From Acidobacteriota bacterium (lineage in GTDB: Bacteria; Acidobacteriota; Thermoanaerobaculia; Multivoradales; Multivoraceae): a DNA stretch of 64,000 bases. Positions 21,573 to 29,170 of this stretch are shown here, piece by piece. The stretch covers positions 72-64,071 of the forward strand of contig JBCCLJ010000011.1 of NCBI GenBank assembly GCA_039026915.1, read 5' to 3'. The translations under genes were made by a program, and so were the position numbers. A model generated the notes under the pieces. That model had not been told where the DNA came from. It saw only the letters and a list, made by a program, of their open reading frames with translations, and did not search any database. Each line of letters starts with the position of its first letter. Within the stretch, counting starts at the first letter, position 1.

Positions 21573-22550
21573 GTGAACGACTCTCGTGCTGCTGGCGTCG
21601 CGGGGACCGCCGCGACAGGCTCCTCGCAGGCCTTTCGAATCACTCTGAAGGGATTGGCTCGTCTGCTTCTGTCGGTACTCCTCGTTTCAGCGCTGTGCTT
21701 CTTCCTGGAGGACCTGGCCCCGGGCGACGTGCGCACCGCGGAACGTCTGGAAAGGCCCTGGACCCCGGCTGAGCGGCTCGCCGCCCACGAGGTCTCACCG
21801 GGTCGATCCTTGGTGGCCTGGCTTCAGGGGATCGTCCGGGGCGATCTCGGACGAACCGCTTCGACGGGTGAGCCCGTCAGAGAGCTGCTCTTGCCGCGCC
21901 TCGGAAGCAGCTTGCGCCTTGCGTCACTGGGCTGGCTCTTGGCCTGGACTGGGGCCTTGATCGTGGCGTGGATCGAGGTCGCGCGCCCCGGGAGCGTTTT
22001 GGCTGTGGCTGTCGAATCCCTCGGAGCGGCGCTCTTCAGCGTGCCCCCGGCCGCGTTTGCACTCTTCGGAGCGCTCGCGGCCGCCGAGCGGGGTTGGCTC
22101 CCGCCGCTCTTCTCCGACCGCGTCCCGTTCACCGGCTGGATCCTGCCGTCCTGGGCGATCGCGCTTTGCCTGCTCCCTCGACTGAGCCGCCTCGTTGCCG
22201 ATGAGCTCAAGAGCGAGGTGTCGAAGCTGCACAGCCTGCAGGCGCGCGCCTGGGGTCTCGGCGGGCATCGCGTGCTGCTGCGTTGCCTCCGTCTCAAGGC
22301 GCCGGTCTTCTGGACGCGGGCGGGTTTGAGCTTCGGAACGGCGATCGCCCTCGGAATGGTCGTCGAGATCGCCTTCTCCTGGCCGGGAATCGGAGCCCTC
22401 GCGCTGCGTTCCTTCGGCGAACAGGACGCTGTTCTCTTGGCGGGGGTGCTGTCCCTGACGACTGCTTGCTCAGTGTCCGCGACGATCGTCGGCGACCTTC
22501 TCGCAGCTGCAGCCGATCCCCGGGTGGAGTCGTCGGGAGGGCTGCTTTGA
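21573..22550 (+). CDS. ABC transporter permease (peptide/nickel, DppB/OppB-like)
   Basis: GTG start; the true start is uncertain. N-terminal TM segment LARLLLSVLLVSALCFFLEDLAPGD is typical of OppB/DppB-type permeases, with multiple further TM segments. Confidence 0.75.
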   Translation: MNDSRAAGVAGTAATGSSQAFRITLKGLARLLLSVLLVSALCFFLEDLAPGDVRTAERLERPWTPAERLAAHEVSPGRSLVAWLQGIVRGDLGRTASTGEPVRELLLPRLGSSLRLASLGWLLAWTGALIVAWIEVARPGSVLAVAVESLGAALFSVPPAAFALFGALAAAERGWLPPLFSDRVPFTGWILPSWAIALCLLPRLSRLVADELKSEVSKLHSLQARAWGLGGHRVLLRCLRLKAPVFWTRAGLSFGTAIALGMVVEIAFSWPGIGALALRSFGEQDAVLLAGVLSLTTACSVSATIVGDLLAAAADPRVESSGGLL

Positions 22551-23476
22551 GTCGTCGCGGCTGGTCTTGGGCAGGCCTGCTGCTCTTGCATGCGATGCTC
22601 TTCGCGGGAGCTTGGCTGCTTCCCAACGACGCGACGGTTCAGTTCCGCAGCGATCTCGACCTGAAGCCCTCCCTTCCCAGTCTGCTCGGGTCGGAGGGTG
22701 AGCTCACCGTCCTGGCCCGCTCGGAGGGCGAGTGGCGGCGCGCACGTCTGAGGCTTTTCTGCCGGGGCCCTGCGCTCTTCTGCGTCGACGAGCCTCTGCG
22801 CTTTTTTCCGCTGGGCACGGACTCTCTGGGCAGGGACCGACTCAGTCGCATCGCTCGAGGTGGGCTGATCTCGCTGACCATCGCGACGGGCGCCACGGCC
22901 CTGTCGCTTGGGATCGGTCTCTTGACGGGCCTGCTCGCCGCGCTGGGGAACTCCTGGCTCGGCGCTGCGCTCACGTTGATTGTCGACGTCGGTCGCTCGC
23001 TGCCCTGGCTGCTCCTGGTACTGGCTCTGCGAGCTCAGCGACCGCTCCAGATGGCCGCGTGGGAGTCCGTGGCGTTCTTGATCCTGATCCTCGGGCTCGG
23101 TGGCTGGTTCTCGACGTCTCGCCTCGTGCGAATGCGGGCACTTCAGGCTCTGGCGGAGCCTTGGGCCGAGGCGGCTCGCGGCCTCGGCCTGTCGCGCGTG
23201 CGGATCGGTTTGACGCACGTGTCGCCCCACCTCCGGCCGGTGCTCGTTGCGCAGGGCCTGGCCCTGGTTCCGGCGTTCGTTCTGGCGGAGACGTCGCTCT
23301 CTTTTCTCGGCCTCGGGATCGCCGATCCGCTCGTCAGTTGGGGAAGCCTTTTGGCCGAACTGCGCTACCGGGACGTTATTCTCTCCCGCCAAGGCGCAGC
23401 GTTCGTCCTGCTCCCTCTTCTTCTCGTCAATCTCGCCTACCTATGGACTGCCAAATCGTCCCGGTCGACGCACTGA
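22547..23476 (+). CDS. ABC transporter permease (DppC/OppC-like)
   Basis: TTG 22547 overlaps the upstream stop (TTGA). The FPLGTDSLGRDRLSRI block is typical of OppC/DppC, followed by TM segments. The upstream part of track ORF 22283.. was discarded. Confidence 0.8.
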   Translation: MSRRGWSWAGLLLLHAMLFAGAWLLPNDATVQFRSDLDLKPSLPSLLGSEGELTVLARSEGEWRRARLRLFCRGPALFCVDEPLRFFPLGTDSLGRDRLSRIARGGLISLTIATGATALSLGIGLLTGLLAALGNSWLGAALTLIVDVGRSLPWLLLVLALRAQRPLQMAAWESVAFLILILGLGGWFSTSRLVRMRALQALAEPWAEAARGLGLSRVRIGLTHVSPHLRPVLVAQGLALVPAFVLAETSLSFLGLGIADPLVSWGSLLAELRYRDVILSRQGAAFVLLPLLLVNLAYLWTAKSSRSTH

Positions 23477-25152
23477 AGCGCTGCTGCGTGCTCGTCCTGC
23501 TACTGACGCATTCTCTGGCATCGGGAAGCCTCTGGGCCCAGCCGGCAGCCGGCGGGCGGCTCGTCGTCGGTCTCAAGTCGGAGCCGCGCACCCTGAACCC
23601 CGTCTTTGCCAGCGATCGCGCTTCGCTGACGGTGAACCGCCTGCTGCACTCGGATCTGATTCGCATCGATCGCGAGACACAGCGCCCTCTGTCCTGGCTT
23701 GCGAGCCGCTTCGAGTCCTCTCCCACGACGCTCGACGTCGAGCTGCGTCCCGGGCTGCGCTTTTCCGACGGGCAGCCTCTGACCGTGGACGACGTGCTCT
23801 TTTCGCTCCGTCTCTACCTGGACGAAAGCGTTGGCTCGCCGTATCGAGAGCTCCTGGCCGCCGGCGCTGAGCCGCCGATTCTCGAGCGACGGCCGAATGG
23901 CGTACGCCTGCGTACGGGCGCTCCGCGAGCGGTCATGGAGAGAGTGCTGGACGGCCTGCCGATCCTGCCGCGCGCGGCCCTGTCCGAGCGCCTGGACTCC
24001 GGAAAGCTGGCGGACTCCTGGGGCTTGGGTGAGTCGAAGCAGGTGGTTGGCCTCGGACCGTTTCGCGTCGCCGAATACTCCGCCGGCCGGTTCCTGCGCC
24101 TGGAGCGCAACCCGTACTACTGGCGCACCGACGCCGACGGCCGAGCGCTTCCCCTACTCGACGAGGTCGTCTTTGTCTTCGGCGATGCTGCGGCTCTCGC
24201 GGCGCGTTTCGAGCAGGGAGAGGTCGACGTTCTCGACGGTCTGTCGGGCCAGGACTTCAAGCTGCTCGAGCAGCGGGCGAGCAGTCAGCGGCTCGTCGAC
24301 CTGGGCGCTGGTCTCGGCTACGAGTTCCTGTTCTTCAACCGGAACCGACCAGGCCCACGCCCCGAGGCCGTGCGTTGGTTTGCCGACACGAAGTTTCGCA
24401 AGGCGATCTCACGGGCGATCGACCGAAAGATCCTCGTCGAGGCGGCCTACGGTGGTCGCGCAGAACCTCTCTCGCTGCATGTGAGCAGTGGCGATCGGCT
24501 CTGGTTCGACCGCGCGTCAGAGGCGCCGCGCCGCTCCCTGGCCGGCGCGCACGCTTTGCTCGCCAACGCCGGATACGTTCTGCGAGACGGTCGGCTGCAT
24601 GACCCAGAGGGCTTGGCGGTCGTACTCAATATCGTGACCAACTCGAGCAATCGATCTCGTCAGCAGGCCGCGAGTCTGATTCGTCAGGACCTCGAAGAGC
24701 TAGGCATCGAAGTGAGCGTCGCCACCTTGGAATTCCGGTCCTTCCTCGAGCGCATCTTCGAGGCGCGCGACTACGACCTCGCGATCCTGGGGCTGGCGCG
24801 CGGCGACGTCGATCCCAATCCGGACCTCAACGTCTTCAGGACCGGTGGATCGAACCGTGTCTGGGAACTCACAGGTGGAGCAGAGGAGGATGCGCCCTGG
24901 CAGCCGGAGATCGATCGTCTGCTCGTGGAGCAGCGCAGCATGCACGAGGCGAGTGCGCGTCGTGCGGCGTATTCCCGCGTCCTCGAACTCCTGCGGCAGC
25001 ATGAGCCGGTCGTCTTCCTCGTCGCTCCGCACGTTCTCGTCGCAGCCTCCGCCGGTCTGGGCAACTTCGCCCCGGTCGTGCTGGGTCATCCGACGCTCTG
25101 GAACGCGGACGAGCTCTACTGGGTGGACCCAAACCGCCGGACGCGCCGATGA
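23443..25152 (+). CDS. ABC transporter substrate-binding protein, family 5 (peptide/nickel type)
   Basis: ATG 23443 gives MDCQIVPVDALKRCCVLVLLLTHSLASGSLWAQ, a signal peptide. LVVGLKSEPRTLNPVFASD and NPYYWR are typical of SBP_bac_5. The upstream 711 nt of track ORF 22732.. was discarded. Confidence 0.85.
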   Translation: MDCQIVPVDALKRCCVLVLLLTHSLASGSLWAQPAAGGRLVVGLKSEPRTLNPVFASDRASLTVNRLLHSDLIRIDRETQRPLSWLASRFESSPTTLDVELRPGLRFSDGQPLTVDDVLFSLRLYLDESVGSPYRELLAAGAEPPILERRPNGVRLRTGAPRAVMERVLDGLPILPRAALSERLDSGKLADSWGLGESKQVVGLGPFRVAEYSAGRFLRLERNPYYWRTDADGRALPLLDEVVFVFGDAAALAARFEQGEVDVLDGLSGQDFKLLEQRASSQRLVDLGAGLGYEFLFFNRNRPGPRPEAVRWFADTKFRKAISRAIDRKILVEAAYGGRAEPLSLHVSSGDRLWFDRASEAPRRSLAGAHALLANAGYVLRDGRLHDPEGLAVVLNIVTNSSNRSRQQAASLIRQDLEELGIEVSVATLEFRSFLERIFEARDYDLAILGLARGDVDPNPDLNVFRTGGSNRVWELTGGAEEDAPWQPEIDRLLVEQRSMHEASARRAAYSRVLELLRQHEPVVFLVAPHVLVAASAGLGNFAPVVLGHPTLWNADELYWVDPNRRTRR

Positions 25153-25706
25153 TCGAAACGACGAAGACCTCGGACGAGGAGCTCGTCGAGTCGTGTCTGG
25201 AGGGATCAACCGAGGCCTGGGAAGCCCTCGTTGATCGCTACCAGCGACTCGTGTGGGCGATCGTCACGCGTCGCGGCGTCGGCGAGGCGGACGTCGCGGA
25301 CGTCTTCCAGTCGATCTGGGTCGACGTCTTCAACGATCTGGGTCAGGTACGCAATCGCCGAGACGTGCGTCCGTGGTTGAGCTCGATCGCGGTGCGGAAG
25401 TGCTCGAGATGGCATCGTGATCGACTCCGAGCAGGGGACGGTGATGCGTCGTCCGACACGGTCGAAGAGGTCGAAGAGGCGCCATGGCTCGAAGATCTGC
25501 TGCGGCGCGATGCGATGCTGCGCAGCGTCGAGCGTCTTTCGCCGCGCTGCCAGGAGCTCGTTCGGCTACTCTTCTTCGCCGAGCCGCCAATGCCCTATCA
25601 GCAGGTCGCCGAGCAGCTCGGTCTCGCCGTCGGCTCCATCGGTTTCATTCGTGGGCGCTGCCTCGAGAAGCTGAAGGCCGTGCTCGAAGAAGAAGGGCTG
25701 TGGTGA
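25149..25706 (+). CDS. ECF-type RNA polymerase sigma-70 family factor
   Basis: Region 2 is YQRLVWAIVTRRGVGEADVADVFQSIWVDVF. Region 4 HTH is PYQQVAEQLGLAVGSIGFIRGRCLEKLK. ATGA overlap with the SBP stop. Confidence 0.9.
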   Translation: MIETTKTSDEELVESCLEGSTEAWEALVDRYQRLVWAIVTRRGVGEADVADVFQSIWVDVFNDLGQVRNRRDVRPWLSSIAVRKCSRWHRDRLRAGDGDASSDTVEEVEEAPWLEDLLRRDAMLRSVERLSPRCQELVRLLFFAEPPMPYQQVAEQLGLAVGSIGFIRGRCLEKLKAVLEEEGLW

Positions 25707-28420
25707 GCGCGGCCGAGGCTCTGGCCGAGCAGCTGATCGCCTGCGGGAGCCGCGACGATGTCGAGGCTTTCGTCCAAGGGCAGCCGGAGCTGAACACGTC
25801 GGCGACCATCGACTCACTCGTCCCACAGGTCCTCGGCAAGATCCGCGTCGATCTCGGTGCGGCCGAGGCTCTGCTGCAGCGAATCGAGTGGTTGGCAGAA
25901 CCGGTTGCCGCGGGTCCTCGCCGTGCACTGCTGATTCGCACTCGAGCCAACGTCGACCACTTTCGCTCCGACTATCCGAAGGCGCACTCGGGCTACCTGC
26001 GCGCCATCGAGGCCTACTCGGCGCTCGGCGACGATCTGCAGGTGGCGATCACCAAGAGCAGTGGGCTCGTCAACGCGTCGTACCTGGCGGAGCAGGGGCT
26101 CGTCGGCCGCTGGTCCGACGAGGCCGAGGCGGTCTTCGTCGAGCGCGACGATCCTCAACGCCTGGCTTCGTTGATGAACAACCGCGCGGGGGCCGCCTTC
26201 CGTCGCGATCGCTGGGAAGAGGCACTCGATCTGTACGGGCGAGCGGCTGAGCTCTTCCGCAGCCTCGATCGTCCGGGTGACGTCGCGATCTGCTACCGCA
26301 ATCGCGCCACCTGCCTGGTGAGCCTGCTGCGCTTCGAGCAGGCTCTGCGCGAGTACCGGGAGTGCTTGGACGCCTGCGCGTCCTTGGATCTCGCGGCGCT
26401 GGCGGCGGAAGCTCGCTACAACATCGCGTACCTCTACTTCCTGCGCGGAGAGTACGAGGAGGCGAGTCGTCGCTTCGGCCGCGCTCGTCGGGCCGCGCTC
26501 GATCGAGGAGACGCCTACCATGCTTCGCTCTGCGATCTCGATGAGTCCGAGCTCCATCTGGAGATCAATCGGACCCAGGAGGCGCGTGAGCTGGCACTGC
26601 GCGCCGCGGATTCGTTTGCTCTTCTCGGTCTCGACTTCGAGCGGGCGCGCTCGCTCGAGTTCGCCGCGGTGGCGGAGGGCCGTCTGGGTCAGGACAGCCG
26701 TTCGATTGCACTCCTTTCCAGGGCGGGCTCGTTCTTCGAGGCGGACGACAACCCGGTAGGCCTGGCGCGTGTGGGACTGCGTCTGGCAGAGCTGCGCGCT
26801 CGGCGCGGGCGCTTCGACGAAGCGTCGACGCACCTCGAGACTTCTCGAGAGCTCTTGCCCGCTGGAGAGGCTCAGTTCTTGCGGGCGCGGCTGGAAATCC
26901 TGGCAGCCGAGGTCCACCTCGAGCTCGGAGACCGTGCTTCCGTCCGGCGTTGTCTCGCAGCGGCCCGTCGCGTCGGAGCTGAGCAGCACGCCGTGCTCTC
27001 TTGGCAGCTCGACCTGGTGGAAAGCCGGGCTTCCGAGGACGAGGGTGACCTCGAGGGCGCCGTGGACTCACTGAAGAGAGCGTGTAGCGCGCTCGACGCG
27101 CTCTGGTCCCAGCTGGGAGGTGACGAACAGCGTTCGCACTTTCTCTCCGACAAACGCCACGTGTACGAGGGTCTCGTCGTTCTCGGACTGCGACAGGGGA
27201 GGGCGAAGGCCGCGTTCGAAGCGATCCAGCTCGCGAAGTCGCCGGGGCTGGCGGAGCTCATGACCTACGGCCTCGACGAGGATCGGCTGGCGGCCGTCGG
27301 CCTCGATGCCGCGACCGTCGAGCGTGCGCGCGAGCGTCGGGCCGGGGCGCTGCGGCGTGAAGGGGCGGCAAGCCAGCCCTCCGCCGATGGAGTCCTGGAG
27401 CCGCGTTCGGTCGATGTCGCGCTTCTCCAGGAGTCGATCCCTGAGGATGCGACCCTGGTCGAGTATTTCCTTGCTCGCGGGCAGGTCTACGTCGCGCTCG
27501 CCGCCCGAGAACGCCTGGAGGTCCGTGCGCTCGGGTCGGCGCGTTCTGCTCTCGAAGCCCAGCGCCTCCTGGCCTTCCGACTCACGCGCAGCGCGGAGTC
27601 TCTCGATCTGTCGGCGCCGGTCGACCGTCGAGTGCAGAAGTCCGTCGAGTCGCTGCACGCACAGCTCGTCTCGCCCTGGATCGATGATTGTCCGACTCCC
27701 TCTCTGGTCTTCGCCCCCCACGGCTTTCTTCATCGCGTCCCTTTCCACGCCTTGCAGCAGGGCGAACATGCACCGCTGGGCATCGAGCGACTCGTGTCCT
27801 ATGCGCCGAGCGGGTCGATTCTTCAGATCTGCCGGCGTCGCGAGGCTTCTCTGGGAACGGGTGCGCTCGTTCTCGGATACGCGGACGCCGATGCCCCGCA
27901 GCTCGAGGCCGAGGCAAATGCGGTGGCCAAGCACGTCGAGGGGAGTCGCCTGTATCTGGGGACGGAGGCGACGCGATCCTGCCTTTCAGACGAATCGGAG
28001 AAGGCAAGATTCGTCCACGTTGCTTCGCACTGCCACTTCCGTGTGGACAACCCTCTGTATTCGGGACTTCGACTTGCCGACGGAGAGTTGACGGCTCTGG
28101 ACCTTCATCGCGCTCGCCTCGTGGCGGACCTGGTCTCGCTCAGCGGCTGTAGCACCGGTCACTCCACCCTCGTCGGTGCCGACGAACAGCTCGGTCTGGT
28201 GCGCGGAGCGCTCTTTGCCGGTGCGCGCTGCGTGCTGGCCACTCTCTGGGACGTCGCTGACTCGGTAGGTGCCGCTTTCATCGATGAGTTCTACCGACAG
28301 GTGGGGCAGGGGGTTTCTCTCGATCAGGCGCTGCGCTCGACGATGACAGGAGTCCGAGAGACCTCCCCGAATCCCTTCTACTGGGCGCCGTTCGTGCTCC
28401 TCGGCGCCGCAGGCAATTGA
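25703..28420 (+). CDS. TPR-repeat / CHAT-domain (caspase-like) protein
   Basis: GTG 25703 overlaps the sigma stop (GTGA). The central region is TPR-like helical repeats. The C-terminal CHAT domain has a His context (FVHVASHCHF) and a Cys context (LVSLSGCSTG), and ends NPFYWAPFVLLG. No TM segments were seen. Confidence 0.85.
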   Translation: MSAAEALAEQLIACGSRDDVEAFVQGQPELNTSATIDSLVPQVLGKIRVDLGAAEALLQRIEWLAEPVAAGPRRALLIRTRANVDHFRSDYPKAHSGYLRAIEAYSALGDDLQVAITKSSGLVNASYLAEQGLVGRWSDEAEAVFVERDDPQRLASLMNNRAGAAFRRDRWEEALDLYGRAAELFRSLDRPGDVAICYRNRATCLVSLLRFEQALREYRECLDACASLDLAALAAEARYNIAYLYFLRGEYEEASRRFGRARRAALDRGDAYHASLCDLDESELHLEINRTQEARELALRAADSFALLGLDFERARSLEFAAVAEGRLGQDSRSIALLSRAGSFFEADDNPVGLARVGLRLAELRARRGRFDEASTHLETSRELLPAGEAQFLRARLEILAAEVHLELGDRASVRRCLAAARRVGAEQHAVLSWQLDLVESRASEDEGDLEGAVDSLKRACSALDALWSQLGGDEQRSHFLSDKRHVYEGLVVLGLRQGRAKAAFEAIQLAKSPGLAELMTYGLDEDRLAAVGLDAATVERARERRAGALRREGAASQPSADGVLEPRSVDVALLQESIPEDATLVEYFLARGQVYVALAARERLEVRALGSARSALEAQRLLAFRLTRSAESLDLSAPVDRRVQKSVESLHAQLVSPWIDDCPTPSLVFAPHGFLHRVPFHALQQGEHAPLGIERLVSYAPSGSILQICRRREASLGTGALVLGYADADAPQLEAEANAVAKHVEGSRLYLGTEATRSCLSDESEKARFVHVASHCHFRVDNPLYSGLRLADGELTALDLHRARLVADLVSLSGCSTGHSTLVGADEQLGLVRGALFAGARCVLATLWDVADSVGAAFIDEFYRQVGQGVSLDQALRSTMTGVRETSPNPFYWAPFVLLGAAGN

Positions 28421-28552
28421 GGAGCTCGCGCCCTCCAGGAACTTTTTTTCGGGCGCCTATATTTTTTGCTCGCGCTTGCGCCCCTATTAGACCGAACGTT
28501 GCCTGTCCGCTCCGGTGATCCGGCCGAACTCTAGAGACCTCAATTCCGCATC
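28421..28552. promoter_or_regulatory. intergenic region with mutually exclusive GC hairpins, T-runs and a GGAACTT motif
   Basis: GGGCGC (28451-28456) can pair with GCGCCC at 28428-28433 or at 28478-28483. T7 run at 28443-28449 and T6 run at 28462-28467. GGAACTT at 28438-28444 resembles an ECF -35 element, but no convincing -10 was found. Confidence 0.3.
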
Positions 28553-29170
28553 ATGACTTCCAAACCCCCCGAAGACAGTCGAGACCGCGACCTGAGCCTC
28601 GAAGCCTTGGTGGACCTGGCGCGCGGCCTCGGTGATCCCGCCGAGACGACGCGAGCCGGTCGCGAGCGCACCGAGGCATCCTCGAAGGCTCTGCGCGCCT
28701 TTTCGGAGCTCGCTGCTGCGACCGACCTCTCCTCGGAGGTTGCTGAAACCGAGGAAGGCGCTGCGGCGCTGAGGGCGACGCGTAGCCTGGCCGGCCTCCA
28801 CCACGCACCGATGGTTGCGGCTGTGCAGGAGATCGTTCAGGGAGCTGCGGGTCTCCGGTCCGAGCGTTCCGCCGAGCGGCGTCTCAGACTGCGGTCCAAG
28901 GGCGTCGTCGTCGAGGTCCTGGTTGATCCGCAGAGCGTCCAGGACGGTGTGGTGGTCGTCGGCGAGCTCTTTGGCGACTCTCCCGAGCGCCCGGCTCTGT
29001 CCAACGTTCCCGTGGTTCTTCAAGACGATGACCGCGTGCTGGCGTCTCTACGCTCCTGCAGCGACGGGGAGTTTCAAGCGGACGTTCGCGCCGAGGGAAA
29101 TCTCACTCTGTCGATCCTTCTGCCTCAGGACGAGGTGCTCAGGATCCCACTCCTCGAAGGTACTCTCTGA
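28553..29170 (+). CDS. hypothetical cytoplasmic protein (helical N-half, beta-rich C-half), translationally coupled to the S8 peptidase
   Basis: 205-aa ORF with an ATG start and high GC3. Its stop overlaps the S8 start by 1 nt (TGATG). No signal peptide and no recognised motif. Confidence 0.55.
   Translation: MTSKPPEDSRDRDLSLEALVDLARGLGDPAETTRAGRERTEASSKALRAFSELAAATDLSSEVAETEEGAAALRATRSLAGLHHAPMVAAVQEIVQGAAGLRSERSAERRLRLRSKGVVVEVLVDPQSVQDGVVVVGELFGDSPERPALSNVPVVLQDDDRVLASLRSCSDGEFQADVRAEGNLTLSILLPQDEVLRIPLLEGTL

Noticed and set aside
22283-22546. 5' extensions of track ORFs (22283.., 22732.., 25484.., 34429.., 36141.., 3622.., 41016..42041)
   Set aside because: These upstream portions overlap the preceding well-supported gene in another frame and have shadow-frame composition. 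In each case an internal ATG/GTG/TTG gives a proper signal peptide or stop-start coupling, so the starts were trimmed.
28553-29170. Possibility that the 205-aa protein is the anti-sigma factor of the ECF sigma
   Set aside because: It has no zf-HC2 (HxxxCxxC) motif, no TM helix, and it is separated from the sigma by the CHAT gene and a structured spacer. The gene is kept as hypothetical, and the anti-sigma idea is left as untested speculation only.
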